NCBI GenBank assembly: GCA_030141605.1
Contig: JAQGDQ010000213.1
Span: 124,001-188,000, forward strand
DNA from: Tubiluchus corallicola
Taxonomy: Eukaryota > Animalia > Priapulida
Length of the DNA stretch: 64,000 nucleotides
Direction of reading: 5' to 3'
Both the position numbers and the translations under genes were made by a program. This document shows, piece by piece, positions 36,520 to 51,400 of the stretch (the first letter of the stretch is position 1; each line of letters begins with the position of its first letter). Below the pieces are notes generated by a model. It saw nothing but the letters and a program-made list of their open reading frames with translations. It did no database searches and had not been told where the DNA came from.

Positions 36520-39500
36520 ATGAATATTCGAAGGTACGTAGTTGTTTACCTAAATTTATTTAGCAAACAACTTGTTTATCATTTGGGTTGCAATAACACG
36601 AGAAATTTCACACGTTCTTGTCACATATTACTTAGAGTGCATGATAAAAATTATTGGAGTTTTACTACGCCTTTGATCTCGTTTGCATATAATTACAGAT
36701 TTATTTTACCTTGATGACTAAAAATGAAATGCAGTGCCCATAACTAACTATTATGTCAATGTTTCCACTAAAGCAGTAAAACTTTTGTTAGACTGATAGT
36801 TATTTAGAGCTATAATGCTACAAATAAATGAAAATTAAATTTACAGGACTACTGATCTAATGACTAGTTACGTACGATTTTTGCGATATAGCAGTTTGGC
36901 TTTTAGTTGTACGGTATATGGTTTCCTATGGGTGCTCCTGGATGTTTACTATTTGTAGAGATGTCTGCGTAGTGCGTTATGTGCATCTATTTTGCATTGC
37001 TTTTCGAATGCTGCGTAAGTATCTAATGGCACATTCAGACGTAGAGACTTCTCTCGCAACTTGTTGAGCAACTTCTCTCTGAGAGCAAACTTGCAACGTG
37101 TGAACGTTTGGCAACTTCTCTCGCAATTTGTTGCGCAACTTCTCTGTGAGAGTAAAGTTACAACGTGTGAACGGCTTGGCAACTTCTCTCCGCAACTTAT
37201 TGAGCAAGTTAACTCTGATAAACTTTCGCTGGTTTTTCTATAAGTTGCGGGGAAAGTTGCCAAACCGTTCACACGTGCGACTTTACTCTCAGAGAGAAGC
37301 GCTCAACAAATTGCAAGAAAAATCTCTACATCTGAACGCGCCATAATGAATAACAAAGGGCCAAAGATGTTAGTGCAAAAGATATAGGGCCCACAGGAAC
37401 TCCCCATTCTGAACATATTATGTCAGATTGTTGGGCTTTGCTCTTTCTTTTCGATTTAATACGTTATCTTTTACTATGTTAATTGAGTAGTTATGAAATC
37501 ATGTTGTCCTGAGTTTTTGCATAAGGTGACATGAAATGTTTTATCACTGCATTTAACTGACTTTATTAATGTCTCAGTTTAGCACTCCTTTGACTGCGAA
37601 AAACTAACTACATAATCATTTCGGCTGTTTAGGCTCATTTAAAGGTCGACATAATATTACTTGCATTCGTTTCCTCATTTGAATATTCGCCACTCATGTT
37701 CACTAGCTCATGAGTACCCCGTGTAATACACTTAAGTGTAATAATAAACAATGAAAATAATTTCAGTTGGCACCATTTTATATAGCACTCGTCTAAGATG
37801 GCAATGGAATCGCAGCATTATAACGCTTTTCGGTTTTTATTTGCTTAGGAAATAATCCCAAGTTTTCACGCGATCTGCAATGTCATCTACTAAAATAATT
37901 TTTGGAATAATAAATACGTAGTATAGATTACCTTTATGCGTGCATCTAGTCTCTGTGTTTTAAGAGGTTTGCTTATCTTTCGACTGGAATTTACCTTTTG
38001 ACTTAACAGGGTGCTCTTTTTTGTCATCCTGGGGTGTTCCGTTTTTGGCATCATCAACGCCAAGCGAAAGAAAGAGGAAATAGAAAGGATAGAACAGCAA
38101 GCCAGAGTTAACGTCGCCCATCGTACTTCGCAACGCCACTTTACAAGTAGCAAACGAACAGGTTTGTACGAATCTAATACAGTAATTCTAATTCTACAGT
38201 AACAGGAAGTCAAGGGACCATAAACACTAGTGCTCCATTTGAATCGGAAATTCAGAACAGCATAAAAAAAATTATGGAACACAACATGCTCTCACTATTA
38301 ACAATGTAATTTAGCAATAAAATACAGCCCTTCCTCACTACTCGCGAACTGTGGTGGACTTTCCTCACAAAAGTAAGGTATCCGACTTGCCACTGGATTA
38401 GTTTCTGATCGAAACTATTTCCACTGAAAGTTTTGGACTTGACAGATTTGACACAGAGCATTTTTTACAAGGCTGTATATCAGACAAAATAAGACCAGGA
38501 CACTTTCATGAACTCGAAGTAAGATTAGAATGTGTAGTGAAGACATTTAACTGCAAATGCTTGTGCTGATGTTGGAAATGCATGTGTTATTTCCAGAGTG
38601 ACAAAATCAATTCGCAAAATCAGTTGCAAAATTATTAGAAGAGTGCTTTGAAAAAAGTGGCGAAAATAGGAACGCCTACTAGTACAGTAGTTCTTTTCAA
38701 TTTCGTCTAACTTTACCAACAGAATTGCCAAAGCTTCTAGTTCATCTGTACAAATTTTCAAACATTTTGCTTTGTTTGCTAGAAAAACAAAAAAAATACA
38801 GTTAATACTGACTTATGAAGCACCCTTAAGTTACAAAATCGGATAAAATACAATAAATAGTATTGACCAGTTGGTGTATATTACATAATAATGCATCATT
38901 AACGTCCGGTTGCGGAACGCGCGAAAGAGCTATGGATCATTCATTGCCGCAAAAAACGATACATTATAATGATTTTAGAGCATGAAACAACTGTTGTAAG
39001 TTCAGAAAATTCTGGACCTATATGCTGTCGCCAGATTTGGATGCAGATTAGGATTAAGTCGAGCGCTTGTGTATATGCCGTTAGGCGCATTTCAATTTTT
39101 ATTATAACTGAAAAAGGACCTTAAATGACATTAACAAAATTGTGAAAGTTAAATAAATTGTGCCCTCCGAGTATAACTGCACAAACTCTTTATATATAGC
39201 TATCCTTTGGCGATAAATTAACAATTTAATTCTTATGGTAGGAAATATCTTGGAATGTCCAATGGCGAGAAAGTCGAAAAAATTTCACAAAGCCAGTGAT
39301 AAATCAAAGGGAAGATCAATCCTTGCTGAAATAGCCCTGGAGACCACAAGAATACTTATCTCACAGTGAGAATATTTATTGCACTCTAAATAAACAGCTC
39401 ATAGCACAGACAATGTGTTTTTAGATAGAGGCTAGGTACTTCTAATTTAAAAGGCATGTGGAAAATATATATTTTACCTGAAAATTTTCGTGAAAAGTTT

Positions 39501-42500
39501 CGTGAAAATTTGTTAATTTAAATTTTAATGGTCGTAGTGCTTTTGAACAAGGTATCCTTGATTACAGCAATAGGAAACAGAGCTCAACGGGCTGAAGTTG
39601 CTCGGACATGATAGCTCATGGGAATTCGAGTCCCTTTGGCTTGTTATTGGCTACGTTGGCTTCTAAAATAATGATTTTTCAGAAGTGTTGTTGGTAACTT
39701 CATTTTGGACTGCTATCAATTGGAAAATTCTGTCGTAGAAATTTTTTTCACTATGGCTGTCGTGAAAACTCTAAGCCTAAACAAACTGTAGTTGATGTAG
39801 TAGTTTTTCAATAAGCTAAACTTTTGTAAAGTACGAAGTAAACCAAATCTGAGAAAGAAAACAAAATTCATAGCCTGTGCTCAACGCTTTGAAGCTTAAT
39901 TTGCAAAAAATTCTCCCACTTTATTCGCGATTTGCTCCTCGAAAACGTTTTTCTCGCAAACTAATTGATTCTTTTTTCAGAGGAACAGAGGACGCATTTG
40001 GTATTAGTCTCAAAGCCACCGTAGATTGTAACCCTAGCTTAGATTGTACTGAAGCAGCAACTAGCCGGTACAGGTAAAAAAAACACCACTGAATTGAAAT
40101 CATACGTTAGCTTAATTTTACACGCTTGGATTTGAAAAGTTATTTCCCTGACGTTGGAACTTTTCATCTGTACTATATTTTAACTGATAATTGCTAATGA
40201 ATGTAAACTTCACCGTAATAAAAATTTTCTATCAAATTAATATAGAACATACGATGGATCATGTAACAATATCAATAATCCGACTTGGGGACAAGCTGTG
40301 ATGGCTTACCGCAGGCAAGTTGAGGCAGACTACTGTGATGGAAGTAAGTTGTAAACTGTATAATTATGGGCCTAAGTACATATGCCAACCTAGTCTATGC
40401 TAGACAACAACGACGATAACGACACCAACACAACAGCAACGACAATAACAAGAACAACAATATTAAATCCTTTAAATGCTTCACGGTACATTATCAGCTT
40501 ACTTTACTGTAGGAAAATGCTTTTGCACAGGCTTGCCCCAATCGAAGTTTTAACAAATATCTTTCTATTTTCATTAAAGTAAGTGAACCGCGTTGTAGAA
40601 AACTGAGCGATGGCAATAGCGAAGCTCTTCCGAATGCTCGCAAGATATCTGTTACATACCATGGCCTCGATGTAACATTCACTGAAGATGACTCCCTGTT
40701 TTTGATGCAGTGGGGACAGTTTTTGGACCACGATATCACCCACACACCAACTTATGACGATCCAGGTCGTACGTATAACTTTTTAACATTTAACAAATTT
40801 ATGCAATAATTATAATGGATTTGTATAAAATAATGTATGCAAGTAATCAAATTTTAGGAATTTATCAAAACAGTAATATTCCCCGAGAATTTCACACTTC
40901 CGTTAACAAAATTGCAATTTATTTGTTGTGTTACAGTATACGTGGTCAGGGCCGGTGCTACCATTGAGCAAATTAGGCAGCCGCTTAGGGCGTTGACCTC
41001 AGTGGGGCGCAAAACGGAATCTTAAAAATACAAATTGTTGAACTAGTGAACTATTGTCATTGTTATAATCGTTTTGGTAATTAGTATTCTTGGGCATGTA
41101 CATTTTATTGTATGCTATAATTTTATTTGTATTTTAAATACTTATATTTTAATTCACTATATTACACTCGTAGTTCTCGCACATTTCTTGCACTTGCCAT
41201 CTAGCAGTGTAAGTCTTTTACTATAGGCACGGTTAATGATATGACACATTGTACGATATTTATAAATCCATTCTCGTATTTTTCTTTTTATTTTTTAAGT
41301 TTTATATTTTTATTTATTCTTTGTTTTTAATACAAAAACGTTATATTATATGGTATTTGACAAAAAATGTTGGATTTTGCAGTTGCATGCTGTCCACTCG
41401 ACGAGACTGGAATGCAGCCCAGTGACAAATGTTATTCAATTGATGTAGATGAGAACGATCCTTTCTACGGTGGTAAACCAGATTTTGAATGTATCCCAAT
41501 AGTTCGTTCAATGCCCGGACAGTGTGAAACAGGTAACAGAAGCATGTTAAATTTTGTCCCGCTTTGGCAATTAAAACGTGTAATAGTAAGAAACGCTAAA
41601 AAATTTAGTTTTAAATTATTTTGTAATCGTTTGACGTTTTACTAGGCAGCCAAAGCAATTTTTTGAAGCAGCATTTGATTCGCAAAACTGTTTTGCGTTT
41701 TTATTTCTTCTTTTGAAATTTTCCTGCGTTAGTCTTAAGGCTACACCAAAACGTCTTGAAAACATTTATTTTGCTTTAGGTCCCCGGGAGCAACTAAATC
41801 AAATCACTGCATACATAGATGGTTCTGTTGTGTATGGATCAGACCTGGACACTGCAAACCGACTGCGTGAACATAATGCTGGTGAGATATTACTGAGGAA
41901 CTGATGAAGCTAATTTCATTCTGTGGAAACTTTATTTAATGTGGATTAGCTAAAGAGTTACGCAACTGAAAAATAATATTTCCACTATGTTAGCCTGTAC
42001 TTAAAATGTGCACTGGAAATTGACAAAATATAAAAGGCTGTTTAAATGAACTGGCAGTTATCAATGCCTCGCTGACTAGATAATGAGTAAGAAAGCCAGA
42101 ATTAATAAATCATAGTTGTTTATACTCAGCAACAATTAAGTTAGAGGCTAGTGAATCGATGAAAAATGGAGACGCTGAAAATGTATGAGTCAGTTGGGCT
42201 TCAACAAGAAGCACCGAGATTAGAACGCTTTGGGTTAATTTTTGTTGGTCAGTAATAGCCAGGTTAATAAGTACTAGAATAGGTTTTATAGGATATAGAA
42301 TCTTGGTAACTGCTGTTGGGTATTTGGTGTTCACAGTCAAGTTGAACTTTTTAATATTGGTAGCTTATTAAATCACAAAGTGAAACCACTTTTGAAGCCA
42401 AGCACTACGTTTCAAAAATAATGAATCAGGTATAATCAGCAGGTTCCATCACAAAACTACATATGTGCTTTAAAAAAATTTGTTGCAATTATCAAGGGCT

Positions 42501-45500
42501 AATGAAGACAAGTGAAATTGCTGGAGGGCGGCCAGTTTTACCTAAAAGCGAAATTGATGGTAGTTGCCAAGATGCTAATGGCATTGCTATTGCGTGTTAT
42601 GACGGAGGTAAGAAACGTGTTAAAGTGAAGCCTGTTATAAAATTTATATCAAATTCGCCTTTCGTGTAAGTGAATTTATACAAGGTTGTGCAATTCGTTA
42701 TTATAGTACAATAAGTTACTCGCATGATGTGCACTGCAAATGTTTTTTAACAATATATCAGCTTATGTAAAATTTTTTATAAGCCTCTGAATGGTAACAT
42801 TCCACCGCCGATGAAAGCTTATAATTGCAGAATAAATGTAAAACTATGTTTAAAGAAAAATTATAACAGATTGCAAAATAGCTGGGAAGTACAGGGTTGC
42901 CATGGATATTATATTTTTCATCAATATACATATCCACTTCCATAGATTTTACGGTGATAATATCCATTCATATCCATGCATGCAATACATATACATGTAT
43001 ATTACAGGCAAAGTATGAAACCAGACATTATACAGAATGCGGAGTGCCAAAACAAACTAGGCAAAGTGTCTAGAATAATTTTTCTACAAGTTTGCTAAGC
43101 ATTATAACGCAATTTTTTAAAGCAAACTAATTTTTAGATTTTGGGTGTTTTTTTAGCTAATATAGAAATAAAACAGATAGTCAATTGATTTGCTGTAATT
43201 TTCCTAGGCATTTTATATAATTTCATTAAAATTTAGGAAGAATGTTTGAAAAAGTCGTGTTTCGGTGTGCTTGCAAGTTTAAAGGGTACATATGTTCGTT
43301 CGTTCACTGATCTTTTCACGTGTCAGCGAATTTAGGTTTCTCCCGATGTCGCTCCTTCTCTGTGGTGGCGACGTTGATGACGTAAGAAAACAATTCTTGC
43401 TTGAAATATTCAGCGACACAGACGGCGTTCGAGAGTTGGGAAAGAGTACAATTGAGCTTGTCGCGTGGTCATTTTGCCCTGCTGCTTATTTTTCTTCTCT
43501 CTTCCTCCTTTGCCTTCGAAAGGCTGGGTTATATTGTGGATGGTCCTATGCCTGATGGAATCCCGCATAGCCGTTGGGCTTCATTTTCGAATGTTTCAAA
43601 TTTGATTCCTGCTTGCTTTGCTTGAACGTTGGTATTAATCGGTCTTTGTTTTTGTGGTCTTTTGCCAGTTACGAGTATACTAAAGAGAATTTGGTGATGA
43701 AACTTGGTCTTGTTCATTTGATGCATTGTTGTTGATGTAGTAGTCGCATTTGATATACATGAGAAAGCAAAGTTTTTGCTAATGGAAATGTTGAGCTTCC
43801 AGATGTTACGATAACAGAGGGTCCAAGTTTTGCAGCCATATAGCAAGATTGAGATGACAACAGCTTCATCATTTCGCAAGTTTCTCAAAAGTCACGCGAG
43901 CTGTTTGTTACGCCGTGTCTTTCTTGGAAGTCAGTTTAACAATTAACTCCGCCCGCTTACTTGAATTACTTACTTAATTAAGTACATCTTCTATACATTC
44001 TATGCAATACTCAGGTAATGTACAAAATATCTCCGAAAAATTTGGTTCAACATGAATTATGTTCATTTTCCAAAATCTTTTTACGCATTCTAGGAATATC
44101 CTAGTTATTGCGCATTTATTTTTCACTTTTCTTGAAATACCTAGGTATTTTATAAAGTGTCTAAATTTTGCACATTGCCTGTAAGTTATATACTGCCTAT
44201 CCTGTAAACATATGTCTTATGAACATATGTCAAACACAACTGGTTTCTACCTTCTACTAATATTAAAATATACGAAATTAAACCAAAAACTTTTTTAATG
44301 AAATGCACTTTCGTTATTTTTCTAGACTATAGAGAAATATATATAAATGTCATCATTGCGTACATTGTTGCGCCGCCATTTCACAAAAACCAATAAAACG
44401 CACGCAAGTATGGACGTCCCACAATTTTTTCCTTGAAATGCAGCAAAATTACTGTCGGCTTCTCCAGGACATAATTGAAAACGGATGTGTTTAATCGTTT
44501 CAATATATGCTCAATAGATTTCTGGATGGTCGCTTTCTTTACAGGAGACGAAAGAGCCAATGAGCAGCTTGGCTTGCAAGTCCTCCAAGTTCTTTTCCTC
44601 AGAGAACACAATCGCATTGCAGCAGCCATTGGTGAAGAAAAACCTGAATGGGAGGATGAAAAGATTTTCCAAGAAGCAAGAAGAATTCTTGGCGCAGAAC
44701 TACAGGTGCGCTTACTACTTTAGTGCAACACGCATAAAACTGGGCATACCTAATTTCCTATGTATATACATGTATATATACACCCGCTTCATAAATAACA
44801 CAATACATAATAAGGTTTATTAAGTTTTTATTAGAAACATTAGATTTTTCTAATAAAAATTAAATAAATTTTTTGATACATTGGGTTGTTTATGAAACAG
44901 CTATTGTTCTTACTATAAAAAATTTGAAAACTTTCGCACAAATATAAAATTGTACAAAATTATATAGAAAAAATTACATAGAATACTAAAGTTCCTTTTG
45001 GAAAATATTGTATTATAGGTTATTACGCAGCAAGAATTTTTGCCTGGAATTTTTTCACGCGAAGACATAAAGAGATTTCATTTAGATTCAGCAAGCTATC
45101 TCGGATACAGTGCCACTACTGATGCTACCATAGACAATTCTTTCTCCACTGCAGCTTATAGGTAACCGTGAAAAACCAAACACAAGATGTGCAATGCACG
45201 GGTGCTTATTTTCAAATTGTTATTAACGCATTTAGTGTGATTTGGTTTACGGAATCAAATTTTGATAAAATGCTTGATAAGTACTGTTTGTTAATATTAG
45301 AAAGAGACATGCATTTAAATTATTTTAGGCAACATGATGTGGCAACACCCTTACTACATGCGTCGGTTTGGCGACGAAGACAAAACTGTTTCAGTTATCA
45401 TATGGGATATTTTCTAAAACCTGCAGCCTATAGAACTCTGATATCATCTAATATCTTATTTAATAATAGATGAACAATTGTGTGACCTCATACTCACAAT

Positions 45501-48404
45501 TTTTAGATTTGGACACTCAATGGTTGGATCCGAGTATAGTCGCCAGTGGGCTGACGGGAGTAAAGATGATGTCAGAGTATCAGACACATTCTTTAATCCA
45601 ACATTTTCAGAGGATACAACTGAGACCATAGATCCAACACTGAAAGCCATGAGCATGTTCAAATCTTGGGGGACAGATAGGTACGTGTACACGACTGTAC
45701 AGAGCACTTGATGACTGAACCTGTCTAAGTTATTTGTACTGATCTCATAAATATCATTTTGTGACATCGCTTTAGTGAGTCGACAATTACCTGCCAAGCA
45801 ATAAAAAATGATACACAGATCAACTGATTATACGTTTATACATTTGACTGGATAGAGATCGTGATGCTCAAGGCTGCAGTGTCATCTGTCAAAACACTTG
45901 TATATATTACGTCTTCAATTTTCATTACGTCTAAGAAGCATCCCACGCCATCGCTTTGTTTGGCATAAATAAACGACCCCTGGGTTACATATACATGCAG
46001 TTAGCAGTCATTTTCTTGCAAAAAACTGTGATTCATCCAGAAATCGTTCGCAAGCATTTCTGTCTGGCTTTCAGATTCATTGTCGAAGATTTGCGGAACC
46101 AATTATTTCGCGACTATGACAAGCAACTTGGACAAGATCTTTCTGCCATCAATATTCAGCGAGGAAGAGAGCATGGTATGGCTTCCTATGTGGCTCACAG
46201 GTAAGCCCAAACATCTTTATAAATGTGTGAAACACGTCCATAAAATTTCAAAACGATGACATAATTACGAGGAAGGCTGTTTTTATTTCTATTTGCAATA
46301 ATTAAGTTGACTAATTACTGCCATCGTATTTGAATAAATAATTAAACGGAAACTGGTATCTTTGCAGAGAATGGGCAGCTGAAAAGTGCGATATAAAGTT
46401 CACAGACGTTTCTAGTATCAACGATTTGCCTAATATAAGCAAAGAGAACAAGGAACTGCTTATCCAGGTTTATGGGTAAATAAAGTGCACTGCCATTTGT
46501 TTTTTCTTTAATTTTTTCACATTCTCATAAAATAGTTTTATGTTTAATTAAACTGCAGGCAAGACAGCGGAAATTTATTTACTGAGTTTAGTTATTTATT
46601 ATTAGGCACAAAAAATTACCAGGCACTAAAGTTATAAGACTCGTACATTTATGCACGTAAAAAGTGAACAGTAAATTTTACGTCTGTGTTCAAAGAAACT
46701 GTAACTTCTGCAAATCCTCGCAAAACTTTCTGCAGTAAATTTTCGGAAAAAATTAAATAGTAAAATAAATGTTTTAATAATAAAAATTGCCAACAACTTG
46801 AACATTTTTAAATCAGAAAAGTGTATTATGTGAATCAACATTTGTAAGCTACGCTGAAAATCGTTTGTTAACACTTACTTTTCATGCTAGCTCGTTTATT
46901 TTTAGTGACTGCCCAGAATGTATCGATTTATTCCCTGGTGGACTGGCTGAATATCTGGTACCAGGTGCAAATCTTGGGCCAACTTTTTCTTGCATCATCG
47001 GAAGGCAATTCGAATCTATAATACATGGAGATCGATATTGGTACCAGAATGCTTTTACACCGGGTAAGGAATTGCTAGAAGTAGTTTAATAGTCTATCAA
47101 TGGTTATGGGCTATTTGCTATATTTAAATGTTATATGGTTATACAAGTCGGCCCGATAGGCAGGAAAGTTCTTATATCATCGTGTACATGATGTTGAGTA
47201 AGCAGATATAGACAAGTGGGTAGGCAGGCATGGTTCCTTTAAAACATGCTGCAGGTGTAGTGACTTACCGAATTTATTTTTCATGCTAATCATACAGTAT
47301 GACATTGCACTTTTTGACACTTGCAAAAGAGTGCAATCTGACTGTTGTGCTTAAAATTGATCACGAACGAATAAAAAGCAAGTTGAAGCAAAACCTTGAC
47401 AGATATAATGTTATTCTAAATAAAAATAAGCAAACTATTCCACTACGCATTTATTCTTTCTAATGATAGCACTTTCACTGGCAGAAAGTTCCTGCATTTG
47501 TGTAAATGGATTTGCTGTTTTACATAAAATACAGCGAGTGAAAATTTGACTGCAGACTATATTGAGTTTCCGCGGGATTCATTAATTTTGCATCGTTGGG
47601 TGACTGCCTGACTTTTCGTAGTTTGTTTATTTACTTGTTTGTTCGATTTTTTTTTCATTGTCCATCCATTCGAATTGTTTTGTCAGTTGTTTGTTTATTA
47701 GTTCAGTGGCAGGCGATCTTGTTTGTTTTGTTGGTCGGGCATATGTCGTTTGATTTAGTTGGTGGTGTATTTTTGTTTTAATTACTGGTTCATTCGATTG
47801 ATTGTGGCGCATTTAACTCTTCTTATTCAATCTTTCATTCTTCCTAGCTATCTGCGCAGGAGAGTGCTTCACTTGTTTTTTATTAGAACCAAAAATTGAA
47901 GTAAGATAAGTTGCGAAATTGCGTTTAACGGCTAATTGCAATCTTTTTCTTTAACCCATTGCGTGAATACTAAATTGCTGAAACTTTGAAATATTCAAAG
48001 ATGTTCTTCCTGTACATCATGGATGCTTTAACGGACCAAGTTAACGTAAAACAGGCCTGTACCTGTCACTGTTCGTGAGATAATAACAGATGGGTTATTG
48101 CCTTTTATATCAAAACTGGCAGCCTACTATTAGAAACAAAAATGGCGAGAACTGTGAATGTTGATCGAATAATTTTGTACTGATATAAAATGTTTTCACG
48201 GTATTAATTTTTCTAGCACAAATAGCTGAAATTCAGAAGGTAACGTTGGCGGGTGTTATATGTGAAAACACGGACATCACGGAAATTCAACCATCGGCAT
48301 TCCATGTTGTGAAGCCAAGGAATGGCAATGGTGGAAAAGAGAGATACTTGAAACCCTGTTCCGAGATTGAATCACCTAATATTTCTGTGTTTTTGGACGC
48401 ATAA
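36520..48404 (+). CDS. Secreted animal heme peroxidase B (tandem paralog of A), 16 coding exons, about 696 aa
   Basis: Exons: 36520-36533, 38010-38161, 39242-39365, 39981-40073, 40246-40343, 40580-40768, 41383-41532, 41780-41881, 42497-42607, 44545-44705, 45019-45161, 45507-45680, 46075-46200, 46368-46475, 46906-47063, 48217-48404. They total 2091 nt with the same intron positions and phases as gene A. Motifs QWGQFLDHD, GDERANE, RFGHSM and INIQRGREHG are intact. Confidence 0.95.
37027..37343. mobile_element. PIF/Harbinger-type MITE with TAA TSD, in intron 1 of peroxidase B
   Basis: TAA|TGGCACATTCAGACGTAGAGA...TCTCTACATCTGAACGCGCCA|TAA, with about 95-bp imperfect TIRs and an internal direct subrepeat. 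Confidence 0.85.
40947..41015 (+). mobile_element. Truncated hAT-like MITE terminus
   Basis: A GC-rich island starting CAGGGCCGG...taggcagccgcttagggcg inside an AT-rich intron. The partner end was not found. Confidence 0.4.
43005..44181. mobile_element. Tc1/mariner-like non-autonomous element (TA TSD) in intron 9 of peroxidase B
   Basis: TA|CAGGCAAAGTATGAAACCAGACATTATA...TATAAAGTGTCTAAATTTTGCACATTGCCTG|TA form imperfect TIRs. Confidence 0.55.
43330..43890 (-). mobile_element. RTE-clade LINE 3' fragment (degraded), nested in the TIR element
   Basis: AVVISILLYGCKTWTL...QILFSILVTGKRPQKQRP...KQAGIKFETFENEA, followed by a C2H2-like tail (FQARIVFLRHQRRHH), as in RTE/BovB-type C-termini. Confidence 0.8.
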
Positions 48405-51400
48405 TAATTACCAGTAAATTTGAGTATTCATTCAGAGTTTAATAAAAATTTGATGGAACATTTTTTAGATACGTTTTAACAAACGCTATCAATATCTCCA
48501 CCTTTTCATATTGTAGTAACGATTCTTTATATTAAAGTAAATAACATGCCACATGTACCACTCTGTTCGTTTGTATGATTTTTTTTGTAACTTCTGTTTG
48601 TTCTTTCAAGCCACTTTGCTACGATAAAAGCAAACTTGTTCTTTGATAGCAGTCTTCTGTAATGTGTGCAAAGCGAGGTGCAGAAATAGGGGCATCATAG
48701 TTTATAAGTAATTATAACTAATACAAATGACATTCTTTGTACATTAACGTTCATAACGGACTCGGCTTCAACTCGGCCATTAATGGCAGAATCGGGGAGG
48801 TAAATAAAAGACATCGGGACCCAAATATTCGCAATGCCCAGAAAACTAATTTTATTGTTATATTAAGGGGAAGGTCTAAAAATATGTTTGCAACTTTGCG
48901 CAGTGTTGCCATGTAGTTTAGTTTAAAACACCAAAACACTGAGTGTAGTGACATGACACCGGACTCTGAACGAGCGTCTATTATAGGTGAAAGCCACCGT
49001 CCCGTAATGGTGGCGCCATCTGTTAACAAAGATACCCGTTTCAGCCTGATAAGTGAAAGAACATAAAATTGAAAATTGAACAATGATCAGACGGCTTTCC
49101 GTCCGTCTGCTCATTCCGTCCCTGGCTTCCAGGACAATGTTAACGCGAGCCCCTATCAGACACCAGTCGCAGGCAGCACCACATAATAATACTTCTTACT
49201 TCTATTCATACCCCACTTGTTAATATATGTGAGGAAACTAGCGCGGAAACGAAACTAGCATAAACTATTGTAAAATGACAATACATACAAACAGCGTATA
49301 TCGTAGACGTCCGCTTAGGAAATATGTAAATTACCAAATGGTTTAGTTGCGAAGCGTCCACTTGCCCCTCTCCAATTACGAAGCGTCCTGTCCATTCACC
49401 AGACGGCAGAATTACTAAATGTCTATATAACAGTAACTCCGTTAACGATGTGTTCACATTATCAAGCCTTCGATTATCAAGTAGACAATCAACCATTTTA
49501 GTTTTCAGTCACCCCCCCCCCCATGTAATCACACAATAATCTCGCCTTACTCGTCTTCATCGACTTCAGAATTGATACAGGCAAGCAGAGAAGTGAGACA
49601 TCTTATAATTTCCAGGAGCAAGTTAGCGACTTTATTGGGATAAAGAATCAATCAATAGTATTATAAAATCTATTTGGTATAGTCACCTGTAACACCTAAA
49701 AAACTCACCTAATTCCTAGCAAGCTAGTAGAAATGGAAACACGATAAAACGATAAAATAATTTAATTATTAGATATCTAAAGCTGCATTTGACATACATG
49801 TATTTTAACCCGAATTTCCTTTTTATTATTTGATTTGATTTTTTTTATTTTTTAATTAATTTCGTTGCAACTTGATTATTGTACGTTTTTGTCTCCCAGT
49901 CCCTGGACGAGATTGCAATAAACTTTAATTAAGGCTCTTTTGCGTAGCATGTCTTGAACATTTGCGTGTATTATTTTATTGTATCGTCTTTATTTGATTC
50001 AAATAAAGAGTGTTTTTAAATTGCTTATTTTACTCAGCATCGGGGATTGTAACTCGGTTCAGAAAATGTTTGTTCCTTGCTTTACCATTCTTTTTCTAGT
50101 GCTACCTTTTCCCGAAACAGTCGCTCACCGCAGTTCACCAGGTTCGAAAGTGTTCTGAATAGAAGGAAGTTCTAACTTAATGATAATATCTTGCATTCGC
50201 TCAGAATTATCAGTCCCGAGGGCAACTTTACCTATTCTGCCAAACTATCACTCATCCTACTCGTCCTGAAAGAAATTGAAGTTGTTATCCAACAAAGGAA
50301 GACATTAATACAACACCGAGCTTTTATGTTATCTCATGTGTAACCAGGAAAGAACGCGGTTAACCTTGGAAAATAAAATCCCGTTAAAACCAGCTGCCAT
50401 TCGCTTTCTGGCATTTCAAACACACGGCTGGCGCCAGTAATTTTCTGCGGGTAACCAAGTGCTCTTATTAAGCAATTTATTCTTTAAAAGTTTTTCGGTC
50501 ATTTTGAGGAAATTCTTTTTTATATTCACTATAAAGAAAATGATGTTATAGGTAGATTGCATATGTACTTATTTTGTGTGCGTTTATTGCCAATGCACCT
50601 TTTTTCATCTTTTTATCATTCTTGCGTTCTTTGTAATTTATTTGAGCCAGCACTACAAGCAGTAATGGAAAAAACGTTAGTGGCTCAACTAACCCCCCCC
50701 ATGACCTCACTAAATTAAATTAATGTAATGCACTAAAAGCACAAAAAGCTTTTTCAACAGAAGTTAAATACTATCTATTGTCTACATAAAATAGTACATC
50801 AGTAAAAACTAAAATGCGAAATAGGTAAAAAGATGTTTAATTTCAAAAACGGTAGTTAACCATTTCATGCTAAAAGTTTTGTATATTTTGTTTTGGACGA
50901 TGTATATGTATCCGAACTTGGATGCCACATTTCTGTTAGTTCAGTATTTCACTCAGAGGAGTGCCCATGATAATAAACTAGTTTCTGGTCCCGCCACAAC
51001 CATCTAGGCTCCGTGTTCATTGTGTTCATTTTGAGCTCTCGATTTAACAGGTTTGCTAATTTTCTACGTTTATAGGCTTTTCCAGCTAACTTAATTTCTC
51101 TTGACCATCTTGATTACCTCATATAAACTGCATAGCATACTTCTGCATAATAATTCTATACAAACCTCAGTAATGACTGAAATAAAAGAACAATATCAGT
51201 GCATAAATTAATCAATTTTGACTGGTTTTACATTAAGATGGTATAATTTTATATACCAAACCCATACGATATTATGTACATATAAAAGCACGTTTCTCAA
51301 CACAATAGCACCTGCATTTAAGCAGACTTTTTATGAAAAGGAATTTTCTTTGAGTATTATCCAACTAAATGAATAAAAATTCCGACATAATAACAGCAAA

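Noticed and set aside
49540-50270. Exon-like segments with splice signals on the minus strand
   Set aside because: The frames examined contain stops and show no recognisable homology.
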